Source: a virus
IMG/VR virus record: IMGVR_UViG_3300032287_000955
Span: 7,676 to 71,675 of that record
Direction: 5' to 3' (one strand)
Length of the DNA stretch: 64,000 bases
This document shows positions 21,090 to 31,500 of the stretch, in pieces (the first letter of the stretch is position 1; every line of letters starts with the position of its first letter). The translations under genes were made by a program, and so were the position numbers. The notes beneath the pieces are model-generated. The model saw nothing but the letters and a program-made list of their open reading frames with translations. It did no database searches and was not told the DNA's origin.

Positions 21090-22919
21090 TTAGTATCCTA
21101 TTTTTACCAGTTTACTGTACTCTGGCAAATACAGATATTCAATATCTGAATTTTTTAGTGTCCAAAGTGCGTCATCTAGTGTTTCTACCAAGGGCTCGCC
21201 GCCTAGATTAAAGCTGGTATTAAACAATATAGGAATTCCTGTTTCTTCCTTAAATGCTTTAATCAAATCATAGTAGTGCTTATTCTGCTCAGCATTAACA
21301 GTTTGAATACGGCAAGTGTGATCCTCGTGGATAATACTTGGAATCTTTTCCTCGATGCCGGGTTGACAATTTACAGCATACATCATGTGCGGGCTGTTTT
21401 TCATACCACGCAAATCGAACCAGTCGTGTACATCTTCTTCTAGAATTGATCCTGCAAATGGGCGGAAGTATTCTCGACGTTTAACTTGATTCACGTAGTC
21501 TTTGCCGTCTGGGAATGTAGGATCAAACAGCACAGAGCGATTTCCTAATGCACGTGGTCCGTTTTCTGAACGTCCCTGGAATATGGTAACAATATTCTTT
21601 TCACGCAATAACTTAACAACATCTTTGTGCGTAGCATCAGTAATTTCACCACCAAAAGATTCTACTTTCTCAGAGATTTCTTCGTTGGTGTAACAGTATG
21701 CTGGTCCAAGATACAATGAATCGCCTGGACGAATCGTTGTATCTTCTTGCATGCCGTGCCAGAAAATCAATGCTGCACCAATTGCGGTACCTGCATCATT
21801 GCTGATCGGCTCAACATAAATTTCAATGCCTTCGTCTTTGAGTTGCTCAAGATAATAATAGTTAGCAACACAGTTCAAACCGTAGCCGCCGCTGATTACT
21901 ACACGTTTCTTTCCAGAAAGTTCAGACGCTTTACGAATAAGTTTTAATACCTGTTCTTGTGTTTGTGTTTGACAAGCATAGGCTAAATCACGACGATTCT
22001 GCATTAATGTAACATCACTGTCTACGTCTTCTGGTAGCTCGTCAAGATAATCAAACAAGTTCATGTTAACTGTCGACGACATAGGATAACGAGGAACTAA
22101 AAGATTTCTATTTGACAATGGAATCTTTGAGGTTTCATCAAACAACTTAGGAATTTTGTCATTGGGTTTTCCGTATGGAAATAATCCCATGGTCTTGCCA
22201 GCTTCAATAGCTGAAAAACCGCAGTATTCTGTAACACCTTCGTAGACCTTGACAATACCAGCATGATCGCTAACATAGGCAATATGTGTTTCGCCTTCTT
22301 CACCTAGGGGGCTGGAATCAAACTCGGGCATGTATGATCCTGCGATTGGTTCTTTTGCACCGTAATGTTTATACAAAGTCTTAAAGTTTGCAGGATAGTT
22401 GCAGTCTACAATAGATTCAACTTCCCATAACCAAATGCCTTGATTATTGTAAGTCATTGGGTAGAATGTGCCAGCACCATCTACGATTAAAGATACTGCA
22501 TCTTCCCAACCGGAACGATAAAATGCACAGGCAGCATGTAACTTGTGATGCATAAATGCTAGATCGATGACCTGCGGATGACGATGTAGATCTGGAACTT
22601 TACGTTCGATGAGATTTAGTTTACGAGCAAGACCAGTGTACATATCATCACCGGTGTAATCAATTTTTCCAGCGGTTTCCTGTAAAGGCTGTGTGTGAGC
22701 AATTACTAGATAATCAAGTTTATCTGTGTACTCTTTGATTTTTACCATAGAAGCAAACGGGCCGCCATCGTATTTTTGACGACTTAGGCGTTCTTCTTCA
22801 ATGCTGAAAACTACTTCTCCGTCTTTTAACAAACAGATTCCCGAGTTATGACCTCGAGCAATCGCTGCGATCCAAATTGGCTTGTGTTCTTTTGTTGATT
22901 TAATTGATTTAACTGTCAT
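21090..22919 (-). CDS. O-carbamoyltransferase (NodU/CmcH/TobZ family)
   Basis: HNS, EEERLSRQK, HHKLHAACAF, DGAG, GKTMGL..YG, SGG..LNCVAN, NDAGTAIGAA, E.GPRALGNRS, VKRREYFRPFA, NTSFN..GEPLVET. Confidence 0.95.
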   Translation of the reverse strand: MTVKSIKSTKEHKPIWIAAIARGHNSGICLLKDGEVVFSIEEERLSRQKYDGGPFASMVKIKEYTDKLDYLVIAHTQPLQETAGKIDYTGDDMYTGLARKLNLIERKVPDLHRHPQVIDLAFMHHKLHAACAFYRSGWEDAVSLIVDGAGTFYPMTYNNQGIWLWEVESIVDCNYPANFKTLYKHYGAKEPIAGSYMPEFDSSPLGEEGETHIAYVSDHAGIVKVYEGVTEYCGFSAIEAGKTMGLFPYGKPNDKIPKLFDETSKIPLSNRNLLVPRYPMSSTVNMNLFDYLDELPEDVDSDVTLMQNRRDLAYACQTQTQEQVLKLIRKASELSGKKRVVISGGYGLNCVANYYYLEQLKDEGIEIYVEPISNDAGTAIGAALIFWHGMQEDTTIRPGDSLYLGPAYCYTNEEISEKVESFGGEITDATHKDVVKLLREKNIVTIFQGRSENGPRALGNRSVLFDPTFPDGKDYVNQVKRREYFRPFAGSILEEDVHDWFDLRGMKNSPHMMYAVNCQPGIEEKIPSIIHEDHTCRIQTVNAEQNKHYYDLIKAFKEETGIPILFNTSFNLGGEPLVETLDDALWTLKNSDIEYLYLPEYSKLVKIGY

Positions 22920-23853
22920 CTTTTTTTCCTAAAACGTGATTTACTACTAGTGTGGTGATATCATCGGTCATAGCCATGATATTTTCGTTTAATCTTGAAA
23001 CTCTTTCATCTGGGAAAATACGTATTGGATCATATTCTCTATGTATTTCGCCCATATCTAAAATATCAAAACTTGGTTCATCTGGGAAAGATACATTAAT
23101 CGGGAATGTTGATCCTGTTACTACTACCGCAGGTTTTTCCATAGCATAGGCTAAATGTTGTCCTAAACTATCGCAGCCTAAGAAATAGTCTGCATATTTG
23201 ATAATAGCAGCCCACATACGGAAATTTGCACTTTCCGGCATAGCTACTTCTTCTTTGAGTTTAGCATCTGCAAAATCAACTTTAAACTCGCTCATCATTA
23301 TAATGCCAACATCTTCTTTTTGTAATTTTTTAACAATTGACTTGACATCTTTTAATTCAAAACTACGTGCAGTTTTATCAATAAGTGTTTCATCAATGTA
23401 TTCAATACCGCGACCAAATGGTTGAAATACTACAATTTTTTCTTTTTTTAATTTCTTTTTAACTTCACTGACTAGCTGTCTTCCTGTAAGCAATTCGTCT
23501 TTGCTTAGTTTTAGCGTTGGGCGAGGAAGGTCTCGAATGCCTTTATTATTGATCTGAATGTCAAATGCCTGTGCTATTGAGCATTTTTGATTATAGTATT
23601 CCCAGACACGATACGGTTCTGTTGTTACGATTTCTCTTTGTCTCAGTGAATCTTTAAAAAGATTTTTGTGCCATACATCATAGGTATGATCGTCAAGTGT
23701 TGGGTGTCCTTTGAATACATCAGTGCCGCCTTCACAGACGATGATAAAGTCTTTGTCGCCTGATTCTTCCTGATATTTTTCCAGGGCTGGAACTGCACTA
23801 ATCATGCGGCCAGCGCCGCCGTTGATAAAAAATGCTTTGGATCTATTGGTCAA
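22909..23853 (-). CDS. Glycosyltransferase, GT9/heptosyltransferase-like (GT-B fold)
   Basis: GGAGR at the N-terminus (compare G.GD); FLGCDSLGQHLAYAMEKPAVVVTGST matches the GT9 DSG..HLA.A...P motif; TTG start with GGAG. Confidence 0.75.
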   Translation of the reverse strand: MTNRSKAFFINGGAGRMISAVPALEKYQEESGDKDFIIVCEGGTDVFKGHPTLDDHTYDVWHKNLFKDSLRQREIVTTEPYRVWEYYNQKCSIAQAFDIQINNKGIRDLPRPTLKLSKDELLTGRQLVSEVKKKLKKEKIVVFQPFGRGIEYIDETLIDKTARSFELKDVKSIVKKLQKEDVGIIMMSEFKVDFADAKLKEEVAMPESANFRMWAAIIKYADYFLGCDSLGQHLAYAMEKPAVVVTGSTFPINVSFPDEPSFDILDMGEIHREYDPIRIFPDERVSRLNENIMAMTDDITTLVVNHVLGKKDDS

Positions 23854-23863
23854 TTTTTACTCC

Positions 23864-23918
23864 AAAAAAATAGCCTTGTACTTCATTATATAGTCATATA
23901 ACGAAAAGCACAAGGCTA
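23864..23918 (-). terminator. Long terminator-like hairpin containing a sigma70-type promoter
   Basis: TAGCCTTGTGCTTTTCGTTATAT-GACT-ATATAATGAAGTACAAGGCTA plus T7; contains TTGTGC-17 nt-TATAAT. Confidence 0.65.
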
Positions 23919-23937
23919 ATCTTGGTTTACGGTAAAA

Positions 23938-24645
23938 TTATTCTGGAGTAAGTGGATTTGGGCCTGGTGGATTATTGTGTTGCTCAGTCATTGTAATTCT
24001 TAAAGCTGGGAATGGGATTTTCCAGTGGTCCACATCTTTATATTTTTCTTCACAGGTTAATAACCAATTTAAGTGTTCTTGGCAAGCAGCTACCTGAGAT
24101 TCAGTATAGCCCTTTTCTAGATATTGTCCACTTACTACAGCAGAATACACTTCAATTTGATTTTTTACACCATTCCAAAAATCTCTTTTTGCAACAGCAT
24201 GTGTACGATAGCGAGGACGTTTCCATGTTCCTGTGTCCTTTTGATAGAACATATCATTAACATAATATGGTTGCTCTACTGCACAACTGTTATCGTCATA
24301 ATGATATGTCCATGTTGTGCCGTCTGGGTTTGTAAAGACGGGATTTTCAAATGGTTCATGTGAATAATAACCGGTAACGTATGCTGCTTCCCATGTGTGT
24401 TCCATGGCATCTAGAACTACCTGATAATGGCCTTCATCTTCTAATTTGTGTGGCTCAATTTTCCAGGCTTCGATTCTTTCAAGAGTTTCTTCTTCTTCGT
24501 CGATGCAGAAGATTGATCCGTTTTCAGCAACAATCCTTAACAATAAGTATCGTGGACCGTCATAGGTACATTCAACTGTGATGTTTAAATGCGTTGTTGT
24601 TTTGTATGGCTCATCTGGCAATACTGCTGTGAATACTTTTTTCAT
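23938..24645 (-). CDS. Hypothetical protein, possible fibre assembly chaperone
   Basis: 235 aa directly after the Cys-rich triad; C-terminal WL....Y..VDHWKIPFP recalls the ends of tail fibre assembly proteins. Confidence 0.5.
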   Translation of the reverse strand: MKKVFTAVLPDEPYKTTTHLNITVECTYDGPRYLLLRIVAENGSIFCIDEEEETLERIEAWKIEPHKLEDEGHYQVVLDAMEHTWEAAYVTGYYSHEPFENPVFTNPDGTTWTYHYDDNSCAVEQPYYVNDMFYQKDTGTWKRPRYRTHAVAKRDFWNGVKNQIEVYSAVVSGQYLEKGYTESQVAACQEHLNWLLTCEEKYKDVDHWKIPFPALRITMTEQHNNPPGPNPLTPE

Positions 24646-24657
24646 TTAATAACTCCG

Positions 24658-25647
24658 TTATCTTTCTTGATATGTAATTCTAATTAGTCCGTGTCCACCT
24701 CTCCAAGCGTGATCGCGAACGTCGCCGCATGGGAAAGCTGGTGTGCCACCTGTACCTGTTGGAAAGAACGGTTGGCACCCTTGAACGTCGTAACATCCGC
24801 AGGCTCTTGATGACATCCAGCAGGTGTTAAACGGTACACCACGTGCAGGTGAACGATTCATTCCGTTTAATCCGTTAATAAATTGGTGATATCCCATTCC
24901 CGACCAGTTGGCAAATCCGTTGCTATCTTCAACACCGTGTGATACAACTCCGCCGTCACAGGCAAATAATCCTGGAGGAATCGCCACATGCAAATGTGTT
25001 GAGCATGGGCAATTTGAATAACAAGTCCAGAATGTTGCACAGCTGAATCCACCGCGTTTGTTAATGTCACCGCCCCACGATTCAGCACAGCATGATGCTG
25101 TACCAGCACCATAGTTACAAACAATACCGCAGGTACCGTTTGAATAGTTAGTGTTACAGTAGTTTGCACCCACGAAACAGCAGAATAGTGTACCTGATGG
25201 ATTACAGAATGTTAGTCCGCCACGTCCACCCTGGGCGCACATACAGCCGCTGGTTGTTGCGCTTGTGTATTGATTTCTTCCGTTCCAACACAAGCAAGTG
25301 GCTTCTGAACAACCACGGAAACATAAATCGTTCGAGTTGTTGCAGGAACGTCCTACATAACCGCAGATAATACAACCTGCTACTACGCAGATACATTTAC
25401 GAGCCCATGCCCCTGGGTTTCCTGGAACACCGCCACCACAGCAGCACATTTTTGCACCTGAACCACCTGCACCCCAAATGTCAATAATTGCTCTGCCTGT
25501 ACCAGGCGCGACCCAACAAATTCCACCTAGGAAGTTGTTATATTCAGTTCCCGAACTGTAGGCATATACTTTGCCTTTTTCAAGCTGGACTTCGTCCCAA
25601 TCAATTTGGTCTAGTTTAGCTTCTACTAATGCTCTTAAAGTTGCCAT
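24658..25647 (-). CDS. Cys/Gly-rich virion-like protein, paralog 3
   Basis: 329 aa, about 33 Cys; WGAGGSG..MCCCG, CAQGGRGG, CGCY, PCGDVRDH..RGG.G.IRITY. Confidence 0.75.
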   Translation of the reverse strand: MATLRALVEAKLDQIDWDEVQLEKGKVYAYSSGTEYNNFLGGICWVAPGTGRAIIDIWGAGGSGAKMCCCGGGVPGNPGAWARKCICVVAGCIICGYVGRSCNNSNDLCFRGCSEATCLCWNGRNQYTSATTSGCMCAQGGRGGLTFCNPSGTLFCCFVGANYCNTNYSNGTCGIVCNYGAGTASCCAESWGGDINKRGGFSCATFWTCYSNCPCSTHLHVAIPPGLFACDGGVVSHGVEDSNGFANWSGMGYHQFINGLNGMNRSPARGVPFNTCWMSSRACGCYDVQGCQPFFPTGTGGTPAFPCGDVRDHAWRGGHGLIRITYQER

Positions 25648-25648
25648 A

Positions 25649-26851
25649 TTAGTACGTATTGCCTCCGTCTGTTGGGGTATATTTAATTCTTATCATTCCC
25701 ATACCGCCTCTCATAGCGTGATCGCGAACGTCTCCACATGGATTTGGTCCAACGCCAGGAACACCGTAAGGAACAAAATGGTGACAGCCTTGCATATTAT
25801 AGCAACCACAAGGTAATCCGCCGCTCCAGCATGTAGAATACATAGTGTGTGACGGACTTCTACTTAACATAGGTAATGAATTTAATAAACTACCAGTTCC
25901 TGTTCCGCTCCAACGTGCTGTTATGGTATCACCGTCTGTATAGAATGAAATTACAGCACCATCTTCTGCATAAACGCCAGCAGCAGTGGTAATATGGTGC
26001 AGTGTCATACATGGGCAAGATGATAAACAACCTAAGAAGTCAACACAGCTGAAGTTACCGCAGCAGTTTACATCACCACCCCATGCACAGGCTATAAATC
26101 CAGGGCCTTGACACCAGTTACAAACACGACCGCAGGCCGAGTTACCTGTGTCACACATGTTGTGTCCAGGTCCCACACGTTGTCCGCAGAAATAACCAGT
26201 CATGAAACATGAGAATGGGGATTTGTTGTCCATACAGAAACTAGTGCCGCCACGTCCACCTTGGGCACATAAACATCCGTTGGTCTGTCCTGGACCGTAG
26301 CAGCAGCCACCGCCTGTACAGCAGTTACCAAATTTAAATTGATAACCTTCGTCTTTGATTTTCTTTGAGTTGAGGTTAAAATTTTGTGATAATATGTTTG
26401 TTTCGTTACCCCATCCCCAAGGATTATTTCCTCTCCAGGATGCTTGAGCATTGCAGTCAATACCGTCACTGGCCAAACCGCAAGGCGAACAACCAAACCA
26501 GCAGACACATGATGATTCTGAACAACCACGGAAACATAAGTCGTCAGCATTATTACATGAACGTCCTACGTATCCACAAACATAGTTTGTTGGACATACG
26601 CAGATACATTTTTTTACATAAGCAGGTGCATTGCCCGGAGTTCCGTGTCCACAGCAGCACATTTCAGCTGTTGATCCTGCACCACCCCATATTTCAATAA
26701 CTGCTTTACCGCAGCCTGGTGGTTTCCAACAGAAACCATTACAGAAAGAACTGTACATGTTACCGTCTGAGTATACCCAGATGCGGCCTTTTTCTAACAT
26801 GTCTTTTTGGGCTTGTTCTCTGTTGCCTAATAATTGTGTTAATAATGCCAT
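25649..26851 (-). CDS. Cys/Gly-rich virion-like protein, paralog 2 (start set to MALLTQLLG)
   Basis: Same motif set; ATG at 26851 follows the upstream stop and a GGAGG, and aligns with the paralog N-termini. Confidence 0.75.
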   Translation of the reverse strand: MALLTQLLGNREQAQKDMLEKGRIWVYSDGNMYSSFCNGFCWKPPGCGKAVIEIWGGAGSTAEMCCCGHGTPGNAPAYVKKCICVCPTNYVCGYVGRSCNNADDLCFRGCSESSCVCWFGCSPCGLASDGIDCNAQASWRGNNPWGWGNETNILSQNFNLNSKKIKDEGYQFKFGNCCTGGGCCYGPGQTNGCLCAQGGRGGTSFCMDNKSPFSCFMTGYFCGQRVGPGHNMCDTGNSACGRVCNWCQGPGFIACAWGGDVNCCGNFSCVDFLGCLSSCPCMTLHHITTAAGVYAEDGAVISFYTDGDTITARWSGTGTGSLLNSLPMLSRSPSHTMYSTCWSGGLPCGCYNMQGCHHFVPYGVPGVGPNPCGDVRDHAMRGGMGMIRIKYTPTDGGNTY

Positions 26852-26852
26852 G

Positions 26853-27878
26853 TTAGTATGCGCCTCCGAATTTTCCACTGGCGTTTTGGTTTGACATAAT
26901 TCCAGATCCGCGATATGTCAATCTAATAGCACCGTGTCCGCCTCTGCGTCCGTGGTCACGAACGTCTGGACATGGCCAAGGTTGATTGCCTGGAACTCCA
27001 TATGGGAATGTTGGATTACAACCATTTGCTTCATAGCAACCGCAGCCTTGGTTACCGTTATAACAAATTGTAAACGGAATACCGCCTGCTGGCGATTTTG
27101 AAGCAAAGTTTAATGTATGAGCCTGAGCGTGATAACCGTTACCACTCCATTGAGTGTGTTCGTTATCGTCGTCGTGTGTATAAATGATGTTAGCACCGCA
27201 CTCAGAGAATAGCCACGGAGCAGTTGCAACAATAGTATCTGTTTGACATGGGCATAATGCATTTCCTGTGCCTTTAAATATCACGCAAGATGCTTGACCG
27301 CAGCAACCAATGTCGCCACCATAGCCGCAACCGATATATAAACCAGGACAATAGTTACAGATAATACCGCATGATGATCCAATCAGTGTATGGCAAAATC
27401 CAGCTGCCACGAAGCAGCAATATCCGCCTGTTCCTGTTGAACAAATTGAATTTCCACCTTTGCCACCTCCAGCACACATACATCCAGCACTGTATCCGCA
27501 TAGATCTCTACCGTTGCTCCAACACAAATAACTTGGAATACCGCAACCGTCAAAGCATAAACTGTGTGATCTGCAGGACATACCTGGACATCCACAAACG
27601 TGAGTATCTGGAAATACTGCGATGGTTTTCTTTGCGTAACCTGGAGGATTGCCTGGCAATCCAAAACCGCAGCAGCACATACGAGAACCACCACCGGCAG
27701 CTCCCCATGTTTCTATAGTTAATGTTCCACATCCTGGAGATTTCCAGCAATATGCACTTTCGCCCCTAGTACACGCTTCCGAGCTGCCTACAGTGATGAC
27801 CCATACTTTACCTTTTTCCAGGTTACTGGCATTAGAGGTAATTTCTCTTGTAGATAATAGGTCTGTTAATCTTGGCAT
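26853..27878 (-). CDS. Cys/Gly-rich virion-like protein, paralog 1
   Basis: LEKGKVW, WGAAGGGSRMCCCG, CGCY, PCPDVRDHGRRGGHGAIRLTY. Confidence 0.75.
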   Translation of the reverse strand: MPRLTDLLSTREITSNASNLEKGKVWVITVGSSEACTRGESAYCWKSPGCGTLTIETWGAAGGGSRMCCCGFGLPGNPPGYAKKTIAVFPDTHVCGCPGMSCRSHSLCFDGCGIPSYLCWSNGRDLCGYSAGCMCAGGGKGGNSICSTGTGGYCCFVAAGFCHTLIGSSCGIICNYCPGLYIGCGYGGDIGCCGQASCVIFKGTGNALCPCQTDTIVATAPWLFSECGANIIYTHDDDNEHTQWSGNGYHAQAHTLNFASKSPAGGIPFTICYNGNQGCGCYEANGCNPTFPYGVPGNQPWPCPDVRDHGRRGGHGAIRLTYRGSGIMSNQNASGKFGGAY

Positions 27879-27891
27879 TTTATTTTCCTAA

Positions 27892-28218
27892 TTATGGTCC
27901 AACGAATACCCAACCAAATGTTGAGCCAGAATAGATCATTGTAATCGCAGCGTTATTAAGGTTCATGATCAAATCTTCTGACAAGTTTTGAATTTTTAAA
28001 CCGTTTCTTGCAATAGTAACGTTGTTGATAGCACATATTCCAGCAACGTCGATGATCTGAACAGTGTCGCCGTCTGCTGGTGCTGCCGGTAATGTGATTG
28101 TGAATGCACCGCTGGTTGCGTTGGCAAACACTCTCACACCCGAAGTGATTGTAGTATTGGATGTAAGCGTAAGGTTAGTAACCCCTGCTGTTCCAAATGA
28201 TGATACTTGACGTGGCAT
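27892..28218 (-). CDS. Small fibre/baseplate-type domain protein
   Basis: AFTITLPAAP.DGD.V.IID......NNVTI.RNG..I motif common in T4-like fibre proteins. Confidence 0.6.
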   Translation of the reverse strand: MPRQVSSFGTAGVTNLTLTSNTTITSGVRVFANATSGAFTITLPAAPADGDTVQIIDVAGICAINNVTIARNGLKIQNLSEDLIMNLNNAAITMIYSGSTFGWVFVGP

Positions 28219-28234
28219 TTTATATTTCTCCTAA

Positions 28235-28242
28235 TATTTATA
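28235..28242 (-). promoter_or_regulatory. T4-type late promoter upstream of the Cys-rich block
   Basis: Exact TATAAATA followed by AGGAG and ATG. Confidence 0.7.
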
Positions 28243-28558
28243 CTGTTGATGTTTCAATACCGAATACGCTTACAGAAACCTGTGATCCGGAAGTGTAAAC
28301 GACAAGTTGTTTTCCAGCATTCATCATTAATCCTGTTCTTTCTAATACCCCATTCGCGTCTAGGGTTACGTCATATTCTATCCATTCGGCGTTTGTGGGT
28401 GTACTCAATGCTGCTAATGCCATTCTAATAGTAACCGCTGCGGTTCCTCTGTTTAACACACTTACACCAAACACTGTAAAAGTATTAGTGGGCACTGTAT
28501 ACACCGAAGTATTTGTGATTGCGGTCAATGCTGCTTGACCTAATAAACCTGTTGGCAT
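28238..28558 (-). CDS. Small beta-sandwich structural protein (paralog family)
   Basis: 106 aa; YTVP...V.VLN....RMA....IEYDV.L..NGVLERTGL; resembles 42534 and 45727. Confidence 0.6.
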   Translation of the reverse strand: MPTGLLGQAALTAITNTSVYTVPTNTFTVFGVSVLNRGTAAVTIRMALAALSTPTNAEWIEYDVTLDANGVLERTGLMMNAGKQLVVYTSGSQVSVSVFGIETSTV

Positions 28559-28576
28559 GTTATAATTTCTCCATTT

Positions 28577-31500
28577 TTAATTCAGTAAAAAGTAATTTAA
28601 TACGAGGGCATCTCCCACAATACCGCCTTTGAAATTTACCTTTGTATTTATGTTTATCTGTGCCAGCGTAGTAGTTGTGATAATGTTACCCGCCACGTAA
28701 ATAATACCCGCTGTAAGGGTGTTTACGCTCAAGCTAGATTGTCCACCACCAATTTGGGCAGTAATATATGCTTTAATTGCTCGCTGTGTAGGTATTACAG
28801 AATCGCTATCTTGTGTAAAGAACGGGTCTGTTGAGAATTCTGAAATTGTTGCTCCAGATCCGCCTAATGCTACAGAACCCAAGCTCAATTCATTCAAACC
28901 TGCGATGTTAAACGCATCAGCATTTAATGTAGCAATACCTGTGGCCTGTTCAACGTTGAACAGTCCACCAACTCGGAAGTTACCGTCTTGGTCTGTTGAT
29001 GTGTAGAACACACGTCCACCGTTGTTTTGCACAGTTTCGTTGGCAGGGATCGGATCGCTTAGTGGCAGGCCTGGGTAGTTGGTGTTTATGATATTACCAG
29101 TACCAATATCCAAGAAGTCGTGTCCTGTTAGACGAACCTGACTGTAACGTAATCTGATGGTAGACAGCGTATTGTGCTCAGGAGATTCTGCAACACCAAT
29201 CGGTGGGCTTACCTGTAATGTAGCACTGTAAGTGCCATCTGCATTCGGTAATAGCCCGGTAACGTTTACCAATCTATACCAAATATCGTCGATACCTGCA
29301 ATCTGCACATTCGAACCTGCTTTTGGTATTCCTGTTAGATTTTGGAATCCAACAAACGTGCCAAGTTGATAATTATCGGCATAACCGTCACCAGTGATAG
29401 TTCCTGTTGCTGCACTATAACCAGTTCCTCTATTAGTCCACATAGGTTGTGCAATAGCACCGTTACCTACACGAGCGGAATATGTAGCATCTGCTCCTGT
29501 GTTGTTAGGATCGGTGATTGTCATTGTAGGTGAACCGCTGGTATAACCAGATCCGGGTTCACGAATCCAGATTTCAGTGAGTCTATTGCTGGCAATATAC
29601 GCACGAGCTCTTGTTGTTGCTCCGGCCTTGATCTGTGAAGCCACGGTACTAGTTCCACTAGCCACTGTGACAAATGAGCCAACAAAGTTTGGATTACCAA
29701 ATGTTCCAAATTTAGGATTAGCACCAGTGCTCAATGTTCTTGTGGTCCATATCAAACCTGTATCAGAACTGTAAGCAGTTGTGCTGGCATCACTGGTTAT
29801 TAACCAAACACCTTGACCGTATATTACAGTTGGGTTTGTCTGAGATCCAGGCAATGTACCGGCAGTCCATGTAGTTCCGTTGGTGCTGTAAGCGTAGGCA
29901 GTACTGCCTGAACGTGCCGCAATAAACATATTATTACCGTAGGATACAGATGTCCATGTGCCTGAACTTGGTAATGTAGCTGCCGACCAACTTGCACCGT
30001 TATCGGTAGAACTTGCTGCCGCTGTACCACCCGAAGCCACTGCTACCCATACTCCTTTACCGTATGCTATAGAAGTCCATGTTGTGCTTGAAGGTAAATT
30101 ACCTCCAGATATCCATGTAGTTCCTGTTGTGCTGATAGCTGTAGCATTTGAACCTGTAGTAATTGCAATAAATCTACTGTTACCGTAACTAACATCTTGC
30201 CATGTAGTACTTGCTGGCATTGTTGCTGCGGTCCAATTTAAACCGTTGGTTGAATAGTAACTGGTTGCTGTTCCACTGGCTACTGCCATATAATAGCCAA
30301 TGCCGCTGAATGTTCCGTATGTTATTTCTCTATATGTTAATGCGGTGCCTGGCATCGTTAATGTAGCCCATGAAGTACCGTCTAATGATGTTGCTGCTGA
30401 AGTACTACCATCTGCAATAGCTACAAACTTAGGAGTAACCGCGGTTCCACTGGCTGATATTCTATTAATACCACCGCTACCTGTGTTAACTCCTAAAACG
30501 GTTATAGTTACGTCATTTGCAGGTGTTGTACCGCCCACTGCTGTGCCTAAAATTGTTAAAGTCTCACCTGCAGCATAAAAAATACCTGGAATATTAATTG
30601 ACACTGTGTAAGTACCCTGGACTCGTGTAACATTAAATGTTCCTAGAGATCCACTTACACTGCCTGTAGCTGATAATCCTGTATAAGATCCCACGCCATT
30701 ACCATATGCAACACTTCTCCAAGCCACCGAGCTTGGTAAGGTTCTTGCTGTTGCTGAATATGGCGGAGCTGTAAATGTCAATCTTGGAGTTATCTGGTAT
30801 TGAGTGGTCGTATCTAATGCTGATACAATAGCAACTCCAGGAGTTATATGTTCCCATCCAGCAGTACCATCAGTGTCTTTATAGATCGTAGCAACTTTAG
30901 TAGCTGAATTATATGCTTGGATGTATCCGTATTGTCCAGCACCTGTTCCAGAAATAACAGTTAACAACATGCCTACATAAGCCGCCGATGCTGATATATC
31001 TGAAACTGCTAGTGTTATACTGGTTGTGTTGCCGGTTTGTGCTACGTTAGTCTGTGTGATATAACCTGCACCGCCAGAACCGGTCGAATCACCTGGATCT
31101 GTTAATCTAACTTGGAATACCGCTGCATCACGGAACTCAGATGCCACTGCGGCTGCACTTGCACCCGCACCAGAAATACTAAATGTTGCTGAAGTGTATG
31201 CAGTACCAGCATTTCCATACTCATAAACCAAGATATTGTTAACACCGTCTGTGATGGTATTTCTTACGTCGGCTTCTGTACCACGGTTATTAGTATAACC
31301 ATAGATCGGTGTTTCTTTGATATCAATACCTTCTGCTACAGAACCGTAGTCACCATAAGAGTTGTTACCGTTGGTAGCACGGATCTTACCACCGTTTTCT
31401 GCCAAGTAACCGATATGCGAATAGTATGAGAACACGGAAACAAGTTCTGCACGTCCTAGGTTGGTTACCCAAGCACCAATGCCTGCGGAAATAACCTGTG

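Noticed and set aside
24658-27878. Selenoproteins or stop-codon recoding in the Cys-rich genes
   Set aside because: No in-frame TGA or TAG; coding density is high under the standard code throughout the window
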